Source: Oscillospiraceae bacterium
GTDB lineage: Bacteria; Bacillota; Clostridia; Oscillospirales; CAG-272
Length of the DNA: 64,000 nucleotides
NCBI GenBank assembly: GCA_015063625.1
Contig: SVTT01000005.1
Location: 44,979-108,978, forward strand
Direction of reading: 5' to 3'
How positions within the stretch are numbered: position 1 is the first letter of the stretch; each line of letters starts with the position of its first letter. The notes under the pieces were generated by a model that was given only the letters and a program-made list of their open reading frames with translations, did no database searches and was not told the DNA's origin. This document shows, one piece after another, positions 17,523 to 27,416 of the stretch. A program made the position numbers and the translations under genes.

Positions 17523-18311
17523 ATGAAAAGAATCTTAGCGCTGATGATGGCACTTTTGCTTGCCTGCTCGCTCCTTGCCTGCTCCAAGGATAAGGATGGA
17601 GAAGATGAGGACGATGTGGATCTGACCGTTTCGACAGGTGATCAGTATTATGATGCCGGCGGCGAGTACGGTGACCGCTTTATGTATGAGATCGTCAACG
17701 GTGATGAGATCGCGATCACGGGTTTCTCTGCAAGCTATATTCCCCATGCGATCACCATTCCCTCTGTGATCAGTGACAGAAGCGTGACCACCATTGCAAA
17801 GAGCGCGTTTTATCAGATGTCCAACATCACCTCTGTGGTGATTCCCGAGGGTGTTGTCGTGATTGAGGATACCGCGTTTGCAGGCTGTGCTCAGTTGACC
17901 TCGGTCACGCTGCCCTCCACGCTGGGGACCATTGGCTCGGGCGCCTTCGCAGGCTGCACCGGCATTACCGCCATTTCGCTTCCCTCGGGGCTTACCGAGA
18001 TTGCCGATAAGGCTTTCTTCGGCTGTGTCAAGCTCGCGGCGATCGCTCTGCCCGAGGGTGTGACCGAGATCGGTGCACAAACCTTTATGAACTGTGAGGA
18101 GCTGGAAACCGTCACAAGCAGTGCCGATATCACCAAGATCGGTGATTACGCCTTCTTCGGTTGCGGCGCTCTTAATGCCATGCCCTTCCCCTCCTCGCTT
18201 GAGGAGATCGGCGATTACGCCTTCACCAACTGCGGCAACCTTACCAAGCCCACGCTCGATGAGAGCGTCGTGGTCGGTCTGAATGCCTTCTACGTCAATC
18301 TCGCAGCATGA
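17523..18311 (+). CDS. surface lipoprotein with BspA-type leucine-rich repeats
   Basis: ATG at 17523 (codon 62 of the track ORF). Signal peptide and lipobox LLACS are present. Repeated ~23-aa units follow (IPEGVVVIEDTAFAGCAQLTSVTLPSTLGTIGSGAFAGCTGITAISLPSGLTEIADKAFFGC...). Confidence 0.75.
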   Translation: MKRILALMMALLLACSLLACSKDKDGEDEDDVDLTVSTGDQYYDAGGEYGDRFMYEIVNGDEIAITGFSASYIPHAITIPSVISDRSVTTIAKSAFYQMSNITSVVIPEGVVVIEDTAFAGCAQLTSVTLPSTLGTIGSGAFAGCTGITAISLPSGLTEIADKAFFGCVKLAAIALPEGVTEIGAQTFMNCEELETVTSSADITKIGDYAFFGCGALNAMPFPSSLEEIGDYAFTNCGNLTKPTLDESVVVGLNAFYVNLAA

Positions 18312-18325
18312 TCTGCTGATTCGGG

Positions 18326-18361
18326 AAAGCCCCGTGTGCCGTCGGCACGCGGGGCTTTTTG
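18326..18361. terminator. bidirectional terminator
   Basis: AAAGCCCCGTGTGCC-GTC-GGCACGCGGGGCTTTTT between convergent genes. Confidence 0.7.
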
Positions 18362-18368
18362 TCTTGCA

Positions 18369-19466
18369 CTACAAAAAACTGCCGCCGCAAAGCGTTTGGA
18401 TGCCGCAGAGCACCAGACATGTGTCTGCCGTCTCGGTCAGCGCAAGGAGCGTTTTTCGGTCACAATATCTCGGATCTGCCGCGAGGATGCGATAGTGCTG
18501 TGCAAGAAAGGGAATGATCGCGTTGCCAAAGCTGTCCTTGATGATAAGAAGCGTGGGTCTGCTGTCCTCCTCTTCCCGTGTGATCTCAACGATGGCGGCG
18601 TTTCCTCCGAGAAATACGGCATAGCCGTCGTTGCCGCATGCCTTTTCAAGGTCGTAGACGCCGCGAAAGGAAACGGCTTGTCCGTCGCGCTTGAGGCAAA
18701 GCTCCGTATCAAGCGCGTGCCGCAGAAGTGTGATCCGATCGGGCGGAGCCGTCGGTATGCCCGCCGCCGCATAGCTGGTACCGTAAAAGCTTTCGCTGAC
18801 CGTTACGGCGTGAAATTCCTCCCGCGGTATGGGCGTGTAGCCGAGCATTTCCCCAAGAGCGCAGTAGACCGAAAAGGCGCCGCTTGCCGTCAGATGGTGA
18901 TCGGTGCAAAACCAATCATTCTCGCCCGTCAGCCCCTCAAAAAGGTGCGCGTCGGGTAAGGCGACTTGCAGGGTCCGATAGATTTCCTGCTCACGGGTTC
19001 CCTTATAATGCGCGGGCAGAACCTGGGCGCGCCCCTCGATGCGTCTGGGGATCACGCCCACGTGACATGCCTGTCCCGTTGCCCTCTTTGATAACAGCTT
19101 TTGCAGTGCGCGCAGATTCTTTTGGTATGCGGCGTCCTTCACCTCGGTGTGCCGTGCAAGGCTTCGGTCCCTGCAAAAAATCACCCCATTGACCTCTCTT
19201 TTGCCGAGAGCAAGCTCGGTGAGTGCGGCAAGCGACCGCAGTCCGTTCCGGGCGGGAAAGCGCTCGGTGGCATAGTGATCCAGCCGAGTGGCAAGCGCAC
19301 CGCTTTTGAGTGCGTCAAGCGTGAAGGTGGGTTTGTCCTCCAGCAGGCGGTTTTCGCGTGCCGAAAAACGGGGGGCGGGGAAGAGGAGGATCGCCAATGC
19401 TCCCGCGAGCAGCAGGGCGGATATGCAAAAAAGCAAAGCTGTGTCCCGCTTTGCGTGCTGTTCCAT
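18369..19466 (-). CDS. DHHW-family / AlgX-AlgJ-like membrane-anchored protein (putative SGNH-type acyl-transfer accessory protein)
   Basis: ATG at 19466 (codon 32 of the track ORF). It has an N-terminal anchor helix (LLFCISALLLAGALAILLF). The motif TDHHLT sits at the position of the family's DHHW signature. The C-terminal part has IKDSFGNAIIPFL. Confidence 0.65.
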   Translation of the reverse strand: MEQHAKRDTALLFCISALLLAGALAILLFPAPRFSARENRLLEDKPTFTLDALKSGALATRLDHYATERFPARNGLRSLAALTELALGKREVNGVIFCRDRSLARHTEVKDAAYQKNLRALQKLLSKRATGQACHVGVIPRRIEGRAQVLPAHYKGTREQEIYRTLQVALPDAHLFEGLTGENDWFCTDHHLTASGAFSVYCALGEMLGYTPIPREEFHAVTVSESFYGTSYAAAGIPTAPPDRITLLRHALDTELCLKRDGQAVSFRGVYDLEKACGNDGYAVFLGGNAAIVEITREEEDSRPTLLIIKDSFGNAIIPFLAQHYRILAADPRYCDRKTLLALTETADTCLVLCGIQTLCGGSFL

Positions 19467-19529
19467 GAGAAAGACTCCTTTCCACGTTTTTTCAACCATA
19501 GATTTTGCAAGCGGAAACGCATCTATACC

Positions 19530-19575
19530 AAACAAAAGAAGGCAATGCGCCGCGCGCATTGCCTTCTTTGTTGTT
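19530..19575 (-). terminator. intrinsic terminator after pnp
   Basis: Minus strand reads AAAGAAGGCAATGCGC-GCG-GCGCATTGCCTTCTTTTGTTT. Confidence 0.65.
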
Positions 19576-19590
19576 AAAACCGATCAAGGA

Positions 19591-21714
19591 TCAGTCAATG
19601 GCGTCCTTCATCGAGAATTCCATGCGGCCCTTCTTCTGATCGAAGCCCATGTACTTGACCTTCACGATGTCGCCCATCTTGAGCACGTCCTCCACCTTGT
19701 CGATACGGGTCTTGGCGATCTTGGAGATGTGGACCATGCACTCCTTGCCGGGGGCATACTCCACGAATGCACCGAAGTCCTTGATGCCCGTGACCTTACC
19801 GGTAAACACCGTGCCGACCTCGGGATCGTAGGCGATGGAAGCGATGGCAGCTCTTGCCTTCTCGGCGCTGTCGCCGTTCACGGCAGCGATGTGAATGGTG
19901 CCGTCATCCTCAATGTCGATCTTGGCACCCGACTCTGCGGTGATCTTCTGGATCACGGCGCCGCCCTTGCCGATGACCTCGCGGATCTTGTCGGGGTCGA
20001 TCTTCATGGTGGTCATCTTGGGTGCGTAGCGAGAAACCTCCTTGCGGGGAGCAGGGATTGCCTTCAGCAGGACCTCGTCGATGATATAATCGCGGCCCTT
20101 GTGGGTCATGGCGAGTGCAGCACGGATGATCTCGGGCGTCAAACCGTCAACCTTCAGATCCATCTGGATCGAGGTGATGCCCTTATGAGTGCCCGCGACC
20201 TTGAAGTCCATGTCGCCGTAGAAGTCCTCAAGACCCTGAATGTCCATCATGACGTCCCAGGAGCCGTCCTCTGCGGTGATCAGACCGCAGGAGATGCCTG
20301 CAACGGGAGCCTTGATCGGGACACCTGCATCCATCAGAGCAAGGGTGGAGCCACAGACAGAGCCCTGAGAGGTCGAGCCGTTGGAGGAAACGACATCCGA
20401 AACCAGACGGATCGCATAGGGGAACTCGTCCTCGGAGGGGAGCACGGGGATAAGCGAGCGCTCTGCCAGTGCACCGTGACCGATCTCGCGGCGGCCGGGG
20501 CTACGGGTGGACTTTGCCTCGCCGGTCGAGAAGCCGGGCATGTTGTAGTGATGCATATAGCGCTTGCTGGTCTCACTGTCGATGCCGTCAAGCATCTGAG
20601 CCTCGCCGAGCGTGCCGAGCGTGGCGGCAGTCAGCACCTGGGTCTGACCGCGGGTGAAAAGGCCCGTGCCGTGTACGCGGGGCAGAAGACCGACCTCTGC
20701 ACCGAGGGGACGGATCTCGTCCATGCGGCGACCGTCAACACGCTTCTTGTCAACCAGCAGCCAGCGGCGAACGATCTTCTTCTGCATCTTATAAAGGAGC
20801 TCCTCCATCTGACCCTGCAGATCGGGGTACTTCTCGGAGAACTTCTCCACGATGGCGTCGTAAATGGGAGCTACGCGTGCGTCGCGCACGTTCTTGTCGT
20901 CGGTGTCAAGCGCCACCATCAGATCCTTCTCGCAGAAAGCAAAGATCTCGTCAAACATGTCGTGATCCAGCTCGCAGGAGGGATAGGCGAACTTGGGCTT
21001 GCCGATCTCATCAACGATGGCATTGATAAAGACGAGCAGGTCCTTGATCTCGCGGTGAGCGAGCATAATGGCGTCATACATCGTGTCGTCATCCACCTCG
21101 TTGGCACCTGCCTCGATCATGACGACCTTCTTGGTGGAGGCGGCAACAGTCAGCTGAAGATCGCTCTTCTGCTGCTCCTCATAGGTGGGGTTGATGACCA
21201 GCTTGCCGTCCACAAGACCGACAAGTGCGCCGCCGATCGGGCCGTTCCACGGAATATCCGAGATGGAAAGGGCGATCGAGGCACCGATCATTGCGGTGAT
21301 CTCGGGAGAGCAGTCGGGGTCGACCGACATGACGGTCAGGGTGAGCGCCACGTCGTTGCGCAGATCCTTGGGGAAGAGGGGACGGATGGGACGGTCGATC
21401 ACGCGAGAGGTGAGGACAGCCTTCTCCGAGGGCTTACCCTCGCGCTTGAGGTAACCGCCGGGGATCTTACCTGCCGCATACATTCTTTCGTCGTAGTCGA
21501 CCGAAAGAGGCAGGAAGTCGATGCCGTCACGGGGACGGACAGAGGCGGTGGCACAGCAAAGGATCGCGGTTTCACCGTAGCGAACGAGGCAGGAGCCGTT
21601 TGCAAGGCCTGCCATTTTTCCGGTTTCCACTACCAGCGGACGGCCCGCAAGCGTGTAACGGAAGGTCTTGTAGTTTTTAAACACCATAGGGGTGCTTACT
21701 GCATGCTCGGACAT
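19591..21714 (-). CDS. pnp: polyribonucleotide nucleotidyltransferase (PNPase)
   Basis: 707 aa. It has two RNase PH-like domains, then KH (IGKGGAVIQKI) and S1 (GTVFTGKVTGIKDFGAFVEY) domains. It lies downstream of rpsO, as in most bacteria. Confidence 0.95.
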   Translation of the reverse strand: MSEHAVSTPMVFKNYKTFRYTLAGRPLVVETGKMAGLANGSCLVRYGETAILCCATASVRPRDGIDFLPLSVDYDERMYAAGKIPGGYLKREGKPSEKAVLTSRVIDRPIRPLFPKDLRNDVALTLTVMSVDPDCSPEITAMIGASIALSISDIPWNGPIGGALVGLVDGKLVINPTYEEQQKSDLQLTVAASTKKVVMIEAGANEVDDDTMYDAIMLAHREIKDLLVFINAIVDEIGKPKFAYPSCELDHDMFDEIFAFCEKDLMVALDTDDKNVRDARVAPIYDAIVEKFSEKYPDLQGQMEELLYKMQKKIVRRWLLVDKKRVDGRRMDEIRPLGAEVGLLPRVHGTGLFTRGQTQVLTAATLGTLGEAQMLDGIDSETSKRYMHHYNMPGFSTGEAKSTRSPGRREIGHGALAERSLIPVLPSEDEFPYAIRLVSDVVSSNGSTSQGSVCGSTLALMDAGVPIKAPVAGISCGLITAEDGSWDVMMDIQGLEDFYGDMDFKVAGTHKGITSIQMDLKVDGLTPEIIRAALAMTHKGRDYIIDEVLLKAIPAPRKEVSRYAPKMTTMKIDPDKIREVIGKGGAVIQKITAESGAKIDIEDDGTIHIAAVNGDSAEKARAAIASIAYDPEVGTVFTGKVTGIKDFGAFVEYAPGKECMVHISKIAKTRIDKVEDVLKMGDIVKVKYMGFDQKKGRMEFSMKDAID

Positions 21715-21881
21715 TATTGTTTCCTCCGTGTTTTTATATTTTCACCCGCAGAGGTTTAACAATTAGATACGCGTCCCTCGCCGAGAGGCGCATATTTAAC
21801 TGCTAAGCCGTACTGCGGGAGAATGTCGGGAACGAAAAGGGGGAGCGGAGAGGGCGGAGCCCATCCCCACTCCCGTCTGCA

Positions 21882-22145
21882 TTACTTGCGCAGGTTCAGC
21901 TTCTCGATGATCGCACGGTAACGGGCGATATCGTTCTTCTGAAGATAACCGAGAAGGTTTCTTCTGTGACCGATCATTTTCAGCATGCCGCGGCGGCTGT
22001 GATGGTCCTTGTGGTTTGCCTTGAGGTGCTCGGTCAGAGCGTTGATGCGATGGGTAAGGATCGCGATCTGAACCTCAGGGGAGCCGGTGTCACCCTCGTG
22101 GGTCTTGTACTGCTCGATAATGGCTTGTTTTTCGTCTTTCAGCAT
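21882..22145 (-). CDS. rpsO: 30S ribosomal protein S15
   Basis: 87 aa; ...[53 protein letters not shown].... Confidence 0.95.
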   Translation of the reverse strand: MLKDEKQAIIEQYKTHEGDTGSPEVQIAILTHRINALTEHLKANHKDHHSRRGMLKMIGHRRNLLGYLQKNDIARYRAIIEKLNLRK

Positions 22146-22320
22146 GGTCTTTTCACCTTTCTTTTACTATGCGTCAACTCAGCGGAGGGCTGGTGAAAAC
22201 CGCAGATGCGGACTTGATCCCGCCACCGGGTAGACGTCATGCCCGAGTATTATAGCATATTTACCCAACCGTGTAAAGAGGTTTTATGAAAAAAATATTT
22301 AATAAATTATGAAGAACGGA

Positions 22321-22674
22321 TCATTTTTTTCCGGAAAGCAAGCCGAGCGAACCGGCGGCAATGAGCAGAAAGCCGAACAGACGGCGCAGGATCGCCTGTG
22401 GGAGCAGGGGCGCAAGAAATCCGCCGAGCAGACTGCCAAGCACTCCCGTGGGCAGGAGCAGCAGTACGGCGCCCCAGAGGGGGGGCGTGCGGAAGAGGTG
22501 CACCGGCAGTGCCACGCCCGAGGAGCAAAGAAAAAAGATCAGGTTCATCCCCTGTGCCGTGATCTGCGGCATACCCTCTATAAGAGTCAGCCAGGTGACA
22601 AGCAGTCCCGCACTGCCGACACCCAGCCCCGAGAGGATGGCGATGAAAAAGCTGACGATCGGAAGCAAGAGCAT
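22321..22674 (-). CDS. TauE/SafE-family anion exporter, C-terminal half-size subunit
   Basis: 117 aa, 4 TM. It directly follows the other half-size gene with a 1-nt gap. The split TauE arrangement is common in sporeformers. Confidence 0.65.
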   Translation of the reverse strand: MLLLPIVSFFIAILSGLGVGSAGLLVTWLTLIEGMPQITAQGMNLIFFLCSSGVALPVHLFRTPPLWGAVLLLLPTGVLGSLLGGFLAPLLPQAILRRLFGFLLIAAGSLGLLSGKK

Positions 22675-22675
22675 A

Positions 22676-23050
22676 TTACACCGCCAGCAAAATGCCCGAG
22701 ATCAGCACGACCGCAGCGAAGATACGGTTGAGCACGCGTGGTGCCATGCGGGAGAGGAGCATGGCACCCACGAGTCCTCCTGCGAGGGCGGGAAATACAA
22801 GGGGAAGCACGGATGCGTCAAGCAGGTGTCCACCCTTGGCGTATTGCCATGCGGAGAGTGCCGAAAGCGGAAGCATGACGGCGAGAGCGGTGGGGTAAAA
22901 AGCACGCCCGTTTGCCACCTTTTTTGAAAAAATGCCACGCAGCGCGTAGACGATGAGGATACCGCCGCCGGCACCGAGCAGACCGTTCAGAAGTCCCGCG
23001 CCAAGCCCCGTGGCAAGCAGGGGAAGGCATCTGTTTTGATAGCGTTTCAT
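22676..23050 (-). CDS. TauE/SafE-family anion exporter, N-terminal half-size subunit
   Basis: 124 aa. A glycine-rich first helix (LLATGLGAGLLNGLLGAGGGILIV) is typical of TauE/SafE. Confidence 0.65.
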   Translation of the reverse strand: MKRYQNRCLPLLATGLGAGLLNGLLGAGGGILIVYALRGIFSKKVANGRAFYPTALAVMLPLSALSAWQYAKGGHLLDASVLPLVFPALAGGLVGAMLLSRMAPRVLNRIFAAVVLISGILLAV

Positions 23051-23235
23051 GAAAGTTCTCCCGAAAAAGCTTCGTTATATCAGTTTTTGCATTAAAATCA
23101 GTCCTTGTAATAAAGAAATAAAAGTGTTATAATATATATTGGATTTTTGGATTTTCGCTGCAAACACGGCAAAAATAGTATAGACAGAACGCACGGGGCA
23201 TCATACGGTGCGCCACGGTGCGTTTTTTGGAAAGG

Positions 23236-26200
23236 ATGGCAAAAATGCGGGAAAAGGATAAGCAGCGTGCTCGCGAAAAGGAGCGCGTGACCCGCCGCGG
23301 CGTGACTGCCGTTCCCGATCGCAGAGATCGGGAGCGCGTGCGCAACGCCTCTCGGCGTATGCATGAGTTTGACGACTATATGAATGACGCCCCCGAGGAC
23401 TCCCGTCGCAAGGAGCAGGAAAGGGGAGCTCCGCGCGAGGGACATGAGCCCGAGAGAGGATCCGGAGCTGAGGAAAAACGCCCTGCGCAGGGCGAGGTGC
23501 GTCGCGCCGAGGGTCGCCGTGAGAATGCCAAAAGGGTGCTGGAGCCCACCGCTGAAAAGGCACCCGTGAGTGAGGGGAATCCCGAGCGTTTTCTGCACCA
23601 GATCGTACCTTACGTGATGTTCTGGGTGGCGCTGTTTGCCGGTGTCAGCTTTTTGCTTCGCGATATTTTCAATATGGACGGCTCGGCAGGAGCCTTCGGC
23701 ACGTGGCTTGCCAACGTGCTTTGCGGTCTGCTCGGCGTCGCGGCATATCTTTTGCCTGCCATGCTTGTGGCGCTTTCACTGAAGTGGCGTCGCTTCGTCA
23801 AGGAGGGGCAGCTGGCAAAGCGTCTGATGCTTTCGTTTGCCTTCATGCTGCTGCTCTCCTCGATCATCCACGTGTTCACCGACCCCGATAACGTGCGCAA
23901 GGTCACCGCGCTCAGTGTGCTTTATGCAGGTGGTATCGCCGGAAGCGGCGGCGGTGTGCTCGGCGGCTTTTTCGGGGAATGGATCGGCTTTTTTCTGCGC
24001 AAGATCGGCACGGGACTCCTGATGATCCCACTGCTACTGATCGTGAGCATCTATCTGGTGGGACTGACACCCGAGGAGCTCTGGCAGCGTGCCGAGAGCA
24101 AATGGAGGATCATGAAGCAGCAGCGGCGCGAGAGCCGTTTGCAAAAGGAGGAGCGTGCGAGCGTCAAGCACGCCGAAAAGGAGGAAGAGCGCGCACTGCG
24201 CGAGCAGGAAAAGGAAGAAAAGCAGGAGCGTCGGGAGCAGGAAAAGAAGGAGGGGAAGGACTCCTCCGAATGGCGTGAGCCAAGACCTCTCAAGCGCTCG
24301 GGCGGAACCATGTATCGCTTCCGCGAGGATGAGCCCGACGTGGATGCCGAGCCGCCCCGACATAAGCCGCGTGAGGACCGTGACGAGGAGGTGGAGGCGC
24401 CCGAGGAGCCCCGTGAGGAGCGTACCGAACCTCGCCGCAGAAGTAACATCGATGCCGCCTTCGGTGGCGGTGTTGAGGATTACGGCAGGGATGAGCCGAT
24501 GACCGCACCCACGGGTAGCGGCAATGAGCTATTGGATATTCCCGATGACGAGCCCGAGATCACCGAGCCGAGCGAGGGTGCGAGGGCAATTTTAGACCAG
24601 GCGGGTCAGGGAGGCAACCCGGGCGACCGCATTGAAACCATTCTCAACGATATGTTTGCTACCCCGGCACCCACACCTTCGCCGCAGACGCCCAAGGAGG
24701 ACAACGCCAATTATTACGCGCCCTTTGCGCTACCTGTCCGTCCCGAGCCAAGACGCGATAAAGGGGATGCTGCAGCAGCCTCGCGTATTGTGATCACTCC
24801 CAAGGACCGGAGCGTGGCTCCTGCGGAGCCGACGGGCGAGCGCTACGGCACTGTGCCCCCCTCGGCTGTCGATGCGCCGCGTGGAGAGGAACGGCTGGGA
24901 AGCCCCGCTTCTCAGGGCGGCACCTATCAGCCCGCGGCTCGTCCCGCACCCCGTGATGAGTATGCATACGGGGAGAGAAAAAAGCCAAACGACCCTGCGG
25001 CGTACCGCTGGGATGTTCCCGCACGCCATGATGACACACCTGCGGCAGCCGAGCCGCGCTACGGCGTGACTCCTTCCACCGAGCAACCCTACCGTACGCC
25101 TGCGGCAGCCGAGCCGCGCTACGGCAGTGCCACTCCCACTGAGCAGCCCTACCGTACGCCTGCGGCAGCCGAGCCCTGCTATGGCAGTACCACTCCCACC
25201 GAGCAACCCTACCGTACGCCTGCGGCAGCCGAGCCGCGCTATGGCAGTACCACTCCCACCGAGCAGCCCTACCGTACGCCTGCGGCAGCCGAGCCGCGCT
25301 ACGGCGTGACTCCTTCCACCGAGCAGCCCTACCGTACACCTGCGGCAGCCGAGCCCCGCTATGGCGTGACTCCTCCCGCCGCAAGACCCGACGGAGATCA
25401 CACCTTCGGCTTTGCCGAGGATCCTCTTGACGGTGTTTCGGAGGTGTCGGATGTCACTGTCACGCGCGATGCACCGCAGCAACCCTACGACGACCCCGAT
25501 GTCGATACCTTCAGCGAGTTTCTTGGTGAGCTGGAGGATGACCTTGACGGGGAGGGCAACGTTTCCGAGATCGTCACACCCACGCCTGCCGTGCGTGCGA
25601 CCTACGAGCCTGTGCCTCCCCTGTCCGCGCAGACACCCTCGCGTACCGCGACCCCCTTTGCGCCGCGCGGCGAGGAGGAAGCACCTCGCTTCGCCGCTCC
25701 CACAGAGCAGCCCCGTCGCACCCCTGCGGAGGGCACGCCCCGTTATGAGAGACCTGTCCCCGCAGAGCCTGCGCGTGCCCCTGAGGCACCCCGTTACGGC
25801 ACTGCCGTTCCCGTTCTGTCCCGTACCGAGCCCGTAGAGGATAAGCCCCCCGTGCAGCCTCCTGTGATCGAGGAATATAAGTTCCCTCCGATCACTCTGC
25901 TCAACGAGGATAAAAACGAGAAGAACCGTGATTTCTATGAGGAGATCGAGGACACCAAGGAGGTTCTCCGCAGCACGCTTGCCAGCTTTAACATTCACAT
26001 TCAGGATGAGGTGGCATGCTCGCACGGACCTTCGATCACGCGCTATGAGCTTCGCCCCGTCGCGGGAACCAGCGTGCGCTCGGTAACCAACCGTATCGAC
26101 GATATCTCGCTGAATCTGGCAGCGTCGGTGCGTATCGAGGCGCCCATTCCGGGCAAGCCCGCGATCGGCATCGAGGTACCCAACAAGGTGCGGGAAACCG

Positions 26201-27396
26201 TTTATATGCGCACCATGCTGGAGTCCGAGACCTTCAAGCGATCAACCAAGCCCTTTGAGGTGCCTCTCGGTCTTGATGTCGGCGGCGGGGTACGCCTTTG
26301 CGACATCACCGCCATGCCCCACCTGCTGGTAGCGGGTACGACCGGCTCGGGTAAATCGGTTTGTATCAATTCGATCCTGGTCAGCCTGCTGTACAAGACC
26401 TCGCCCGAGGATCTGCGGCTGATCCTGATCGACCCGAAGCAGATCGAATTTGCGCCCTACGAGCATATTCCGCATCTGTATATGCCCATCGTCACCGATA
26501 TGCAGCGTGCCGCAGGCGCACTTGCCTGTGCGGTGCAGGAGATGGAGCGTCGCTTCTCGCTCATTAAGGATGTGGGTGTACGCGACATCAAGGCGTATAA
26601 CGAGGCGGTGAAGAATGACCCTGACCGTGAGCACCTGCCCCGCATCATCATCGTGATCGACGAGTTTGCCGATCTCAAGATGAGCTGCACCAATAACGAT
26701 CCCGAAAACTTTACCTGTCGTATCGCCCAGAAGGCACGTGCCGCAGGCATCCATCTGATCATCGGTACGCAGCGCCCCTCGGTGGACGTCATTACGGGTA
26801 AGCTGAAGACCAATATCGCATCCCGTATCGCGTTTATGGTCAAGCAGCAGGTCGATTCCCGTACCATTCTGGACGTCAACGGTGCAGAGTCGCTGACGGG
26901 TAAGGGTGATATGCTGTATATGCCTGCCAATTCGCAGGATAAGCAGCCCTGCCGCATTCAGGGCGCCTTCGTTTCGGACGGGGAGCTTGAGCGCGTGGTA
27001 TCCTACGTGCGCGACCATAATCCGCCCGTGCAGTATAACCGCGAGTTCATGAACCAGATCGAGATCGAGATGGCAAAGGCGGCAAATACGGGTCGTAAGA
27101 ACGGTGAGGACATTGAGGAGGAGGATGCCGATGGCAGCGAGGATCCGAAGTTCCTTGAGGCTGTCGAGCTGGCGGTCGAAACGCAGAAGATCGCGACCTC
27201 GCTTCTTCAGCGTCGCCTTGGTGTAGGCTACGGACGTGCCGCTAAGATCATTGACCGTATGGAGGATCTCGGGCTGGTCAGTGCCCCCGACGGCAATAAG
27301 GCGCGTAAGGTGCTTCCCGCCGCGCAAGGATATCTCAATCATATGGCGGCAGAGGGGGATGAGGGTGACGTCGACGATTTCGGCGATTATACCTGA
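23236..27396 (+). CDS. ftsK: DNA translocase FtsK/SpoIIIE with a very long low-complexity linker
   Basis: The N-terminus is charged, followed by 4 TM helices and a ~650-aa P/E/A/R-rich linker. The motor has Walker A GTTGSGKSV and Walker B IIIVIDEFADL, and the gamma wHTH is LLQRRLGVGYGRAAKIIDRMEDLG. The start is uncertain between ATG 23218, 23236 and 23245. Confidence 0.9.
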   Translation: MAKMREKDKQRAREKERVTRRGVTAVPDRRDRERVRNASRRMHEFDDYMNDAPEDSRRKEQERGAPREGHEPERGSGAEEKRPAQGEVRRAEGRRENAKRVLEPTAEKAPVSEGNPERFLHQIVPYVMFWVALFAGVSFLLRDIFNMDGSAGAFGTWLANVLCGLLGVAAYLLPAMLVALSLKWRRFVKEGQLAKRLMLSFAFMLLLSSIIHVFTDPDNVRKVTALSVLYAGGIAGSGGGVLGGFFGEWIGFFLRKIGTGLLMIPLLLIVSIYLVGLTPEELWQRAESKWRIMKQQRRESRLQKEERASVKHAEKEEERALREQEKEEKQERREQEKKEGKDSSEWREPRPLKRSGGTMYRFREDEPDVDAEPPRHKPREDRDEEVEAPEEPREERTEPRRRSNIDAAFGGGVEDYGRDEPMTAPTGSGNELLDIPDDEPEITEPSEGARAILDQAGQGGNPGDRIETILNDMFATPAPTPSPQTPKEDNANYYAPFALPVRPEPRRDKGDAAAASRIVITPKDRSVAPAEPTGERYGTVPPSAVDAPRGEERLGSPASQGGTYQPAARPAPRDEYAYGERKKPNDPAAYRWDVPARHDDTPAAAEPRYGVTPSTEQPYRTPAAAEPRYGSATPTEQPYRTPAAAEPCYGSTTPTEQPYRTPAAAEPRYGSTTPTEQPYRTPAAAEPRYGVTPSTEQPYRTPAAAEPRYGVTPPAARPDGDHTFGFAEDPLDGVSEVSDVTVTRDAPQQPYDDPDVDTFSEFLGELEDDLDGEGNVSEIVTPTPAVRATYEPVPPLSAQTPSRTATPFAPRGEEEAPRFAAPTEQPRRTPAEGTPRYERPVPAEPARAPEAPRYGTAVPVLSRTEPVEDKPPVQPPVIEEYKFPPITLLNEDKNEKNRDFYEEIEDTKEVLRSTLASFNIHIQDEVACSHGPSITRYELRPVAGTSVRSVTNRIDDISLNLAASVRIEAPIPGKPAIGIEVPNKVRETVYMRTMLESETFKRSTKPFEVPLGLDVGGGVRLCDITAMPHLLVAGTTGSGKSVCINSILVSLLYKTSPEDLRLILIDPKQIEFAPYEHIPHLYMPIVTDMQRAAGALACAVQEMERRFSLIKDVGVRDIKAYNEAVKNDPDREHLPRIIIVIDEFADLKMSCTNNDPENFTCRIAQKARAAGIHLIIGTQRPSVDVITGKLKTNIASRIAFMVKQQVDSRTILDVNGAESLTGKGDMLYMPANSQDKQPCRIQGAFVSDGELERVVSYVRDHNPPVQYNREFMNQIEIEMAKAANTGRKNGEDIEEEDADGSEDPKFLEAVELAVETQKIATSLLQRRLGVGYGRAAKIIDRMEDLGLVSAPDGNKARKVLPAAQGYLNHMAAEGDEGDVDDFGDYT
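25036..25380 (+). repeat. in-frame 60-bp tandem repeat (x ~5.7) inside ftsK
   Basis: The unit is ACNCCTGCGGCAGCCGAGCCNNGCTAYGGC...GAGCARCCCTACCGT, encoding TPAAAEPRYG(V/S)(T/A)(P/T)(S/P)TEQPYR. Copies start at 25036, 25096, 25156, 25216, 25276 and 25336. Confidence 0.9.
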
Positions 27397-27416
27397 CCTC
27401 AGAAGCCGTTTGAAAG

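Noticed and set aside
19288-21759. 823-aa plus-strand ORF
   Set aside because: It is antisense to pnp, whose identity is unambiguous. The product is dominated by G, D, L, V, H and A repeats, so it is a shadow ORF.
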